Below are positions 40,345 to 41,830 of a DNA stretch of 41,830 bases, piece after piece (the stretch's first letter is position 1; each line of letters opens with the position of its first letter). The notes under the pieces are model-generated. The model was given only the letters and a program-made list of their open reading frames with translations, was not told where the DNA came from and did not search any database. Location of the stretch: positions 1 through 41,830 of the IMG/VR virus record IMGVR_UViG_3300045988_035073, one strand, 5' to 3'. The position numbers were made by a program, and so were the translations under genes. This stretch comes from a virus.

Positions 40345-40858
40345 TGAGATCGTGGCCGCTTTGCGGTGGCTGAGGCCGGAGAGCGGGGACTTTGCCTGCG
40401 ATGGCTGTGGCTGGGAGAATAGCTGCGGTGTCCGTGGCTGTCGGATCATGCGGGAGGCGGCTGACATGCTGGAGAACGACGAGACTTACAGCGGCGTCCT
40501 CCAGGACGCCATTGAGAAGTGGAAAAAGGCGTATGGGACGCTCCGGGAAAAGCACAGCGCCCTCCTGGAGCAGAACGGAAAGCTGCGGGACGATGCCGCT
40601 GATGTCACCCGCCTGGCAGCCGAGGCCGCCGTGGAGCGGGACTGGATCAGCGTGACGGACCGGCTGCCGGAGGATGACGGAGACGTGCTCGCGATCGTCT
40701 CCGGATATCCGACCCCCAATATCACCCTTGAGGATGTGCTGGTAGTTGCGGCGTTTTGCGAGGGAGAGGGGTGGTACATTGGGGAGTACCCGGATTGGGA
40801 TAACCCGATCATCTCCTACTGGATGCCGCTGCCGGAGCCGCCGAAGGAGGGGAAATGA
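40331..40858 (+). CDS. Cys-rich N-domain + DUF551 C-domain protein
   Basis: ALRWLRPESGDFACDGCGW...REAADMLE; C-terminus WISVTDRLPEDDGDVL...SYWMPLPEPP. Confidence 0.7.
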   Translation: MMKRDEIVAALRWLRPESGDFACDGCGWENSCGVRGCRIMREAADMLENDETYSGVLQDAIEKWKKAYGTLREKHSALLEQNGKLRDDAADVTRLAAEAAVERDWISVTDRLPEDDGDVLAIVSGYPTPNITLEDVLVVAAFCEGEGWYIGEYPDWDNPIISYWMPLPEPPKEGK

Positions 40859-41373
40859 GTAGGGCTGTTATGCTGAGCATCCGCCCAAAGTGGTGTGAAA
40901 AGATTGCCAGCGGCGAAAAGACGATTGAGGTGCGCAAGACGCGGCCAAAGCTGGATACGCCGTTTAGGGGCTATATCTACTGCACGCTGCAAGGCTGTAA
41001 CGAGTTTTTTAGAGTTGATCTTGGGCGTGATGTTGCCAAGTGGAACCGCGGCAAGTGGGCAGACCGCAAGGGCAAGGTCATTGGGGAGTTTACCTGCGAA
41101 AGAATCGCCCTTATTGCATACGATGGCGGCGAGTTAAGTAGTACAACAAATGCCGCCTTTTCCCCCGCAACGTGCTTAACCCAGTCAGAAATTATAGCTT
41201 ATATCGGCGATAAGGGGCGTTGTTACGGCTGGCACATGTCCGACTTGCGCATTTATGATACGCCGCGCGAACTGAGCGAGTTTACCGGATTACGCAATAC
41301 GAGATTCGGCGCAGCGCCATATGATATCAAGCGCCCGCCTCAGAGCTGGTGCTATGTGGAGGCGGAAGGATGA
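40855..41373 (+). CDS. ASCH-domain protein
   Basis: MLSIRPKWCEKIASGEKTIEVRKTRP... is a typical ASCH N-terminus. Confidence 0.75.
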   Translation: MSRAVMLSIRPKWCEKIASGEKTIEVRKTRPKLDTPFRGYIYCTLQGCNEFFRVDLGRDVAKWNRGKWADRKGKVIGEFTCERIALIAYDGGELSSTTNAAFSPATCLTQSEIIAYIGDKGRCYGWHMSDLRIYDTPRELSEFTGLRNTRFGAAPYDIKRPPQSWCYVEAEG

Positions 41374-41729
41374 AGCAATCCGCATACCTCATCCAGCAGC
41401 GGGAGACCCGGCGGAGGCTGGTCCAGGCGGCGGAGCGGGTGACCCAGCAGCTCATGCTGGACACCCTGCAGGTGACGCTCCACCAGGAGTTTGGCTTCGG
41501 CTACGACCGGATCAAGCGGTTGACGGATGCCTGGGGCAAGACCTACAACCAGTTCCACGACGCCCTGGACGGCGGGACGGAAGCCGACTACTGGCAGGAG
41601 AAATTGGACCGGCTCTTACTGGACCTGCTGCGGGACCACCAGGCGCTCATTCCCTTCGGGGAGCGCTACCCGGAGATCCAGGAGATTACATACGGTCCCA
41701 GGCAGGCCGGAAAGGAGGGGAAGGCATGA
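41370..41729 (+). CDS. Hypothetical protein
   Basis: ATGA coupling on both sides. Confidence 0.6.
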   Translation: MKQSAYLIQQRETRRRLVQAAERVTQQLMLDTLQVTLHQEFGFGYDRIKRLTDAWGKTYNQFHDALDGGTEADYWQEKLDRLLLDLLRDHQALIPFGERYPEIQEITYGPRQAGKEGKA

Positions 41730-41830
41730 GCGCTAGAAGGCCTTGTGTGGAGAAGCGGCTGACCCTCTTCCGTATCTGCGGGACCTGCGGAAAGACCATC
41801 GTGACCACGGCGGACACGCCCTGGGTGCGG
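41712..41830. repeat. Right copy of the exact 119-bp terminal overlap
   Basis: Identical to 1-119. Confidence 0.95.
41726..41830 (+). CDS. Truncated duplicate of the 5' end of the 15..422 gene (terminal overlap; not a separate gene)
   Basis: Identical to 15-119. Confidence 0.9.
   Translation, partial: MSARRPCVEKRLTLFRICGTCGKTIVTTADTPWVR

Noticed and set aside
1-41830. A CRISPR array, retron/DGR, or transposon-type element anywhere in the window.
   Set aside because: There are no regularly spaced repeats with spacers, no reverse transcriptase, and no transposase or terminal inverted repeats. The only mobility gene is the tyrosine integrase with its attP.

Overview
The window is a complete temperate siphovirus-type phage genome from a high-GC Firmicutes/Clostridia-like host. 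Bases 1-119 repeat exactly at 41712-41830, so the unit length is 41711 bp and the genome is either circularly closed or terminally redundant. Nearly all real genes are on the + strand, tightly packed, often with ATGA/GTGA overlaps and GGAGG-type RBSs.

Gene order:
- 15-2673: accessory/early genes, including a DUF1064-type nuclease, a MazF-like half-domain, a membrane-anchored SLT transglycosylase and a RinA-like late activator.
- 2674-3754: a ~1.08-kb locus with no credible ORF, dense in hairpins, with an embedded tRNA-like element.
- 3755-24222: ParB-methyltransferase, TerS, TerL, portal, MuF fused to a nuclease-like toxin domain, scaffold, capsid, connectors, tail tube, chaperone, tape measure, baseplate and fibre genes, holin and a three-domain endolysin.
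- 24260-25850: a minus-strand accessory operon.
- 26084-29354: a plus-strand accessory (moron) operon of low-complexity, Gly/Cys-rich proteins.
- 29355-30648: attP carrying a tmRNA/tRNA 3'-end copy with arm repeats, and a tyrosine integrase.
- 30758-33462: lysogeny switch.
- 33444-41729: early genes, including a DUF1351/RecT/MBL recombination module, a DnaD-like/DnaC-like replication module, and ASCH and DUF551 genes.

The best candidate for something undescribed is the 2674-3754 noncoding locus, which may encode a large structured phage RNA. I could not assign it to a known family from memory.

All protein calls rest on motifs I recognise in the supplied translations. No searches were run, and the GC-content statements are by-eye estimates.
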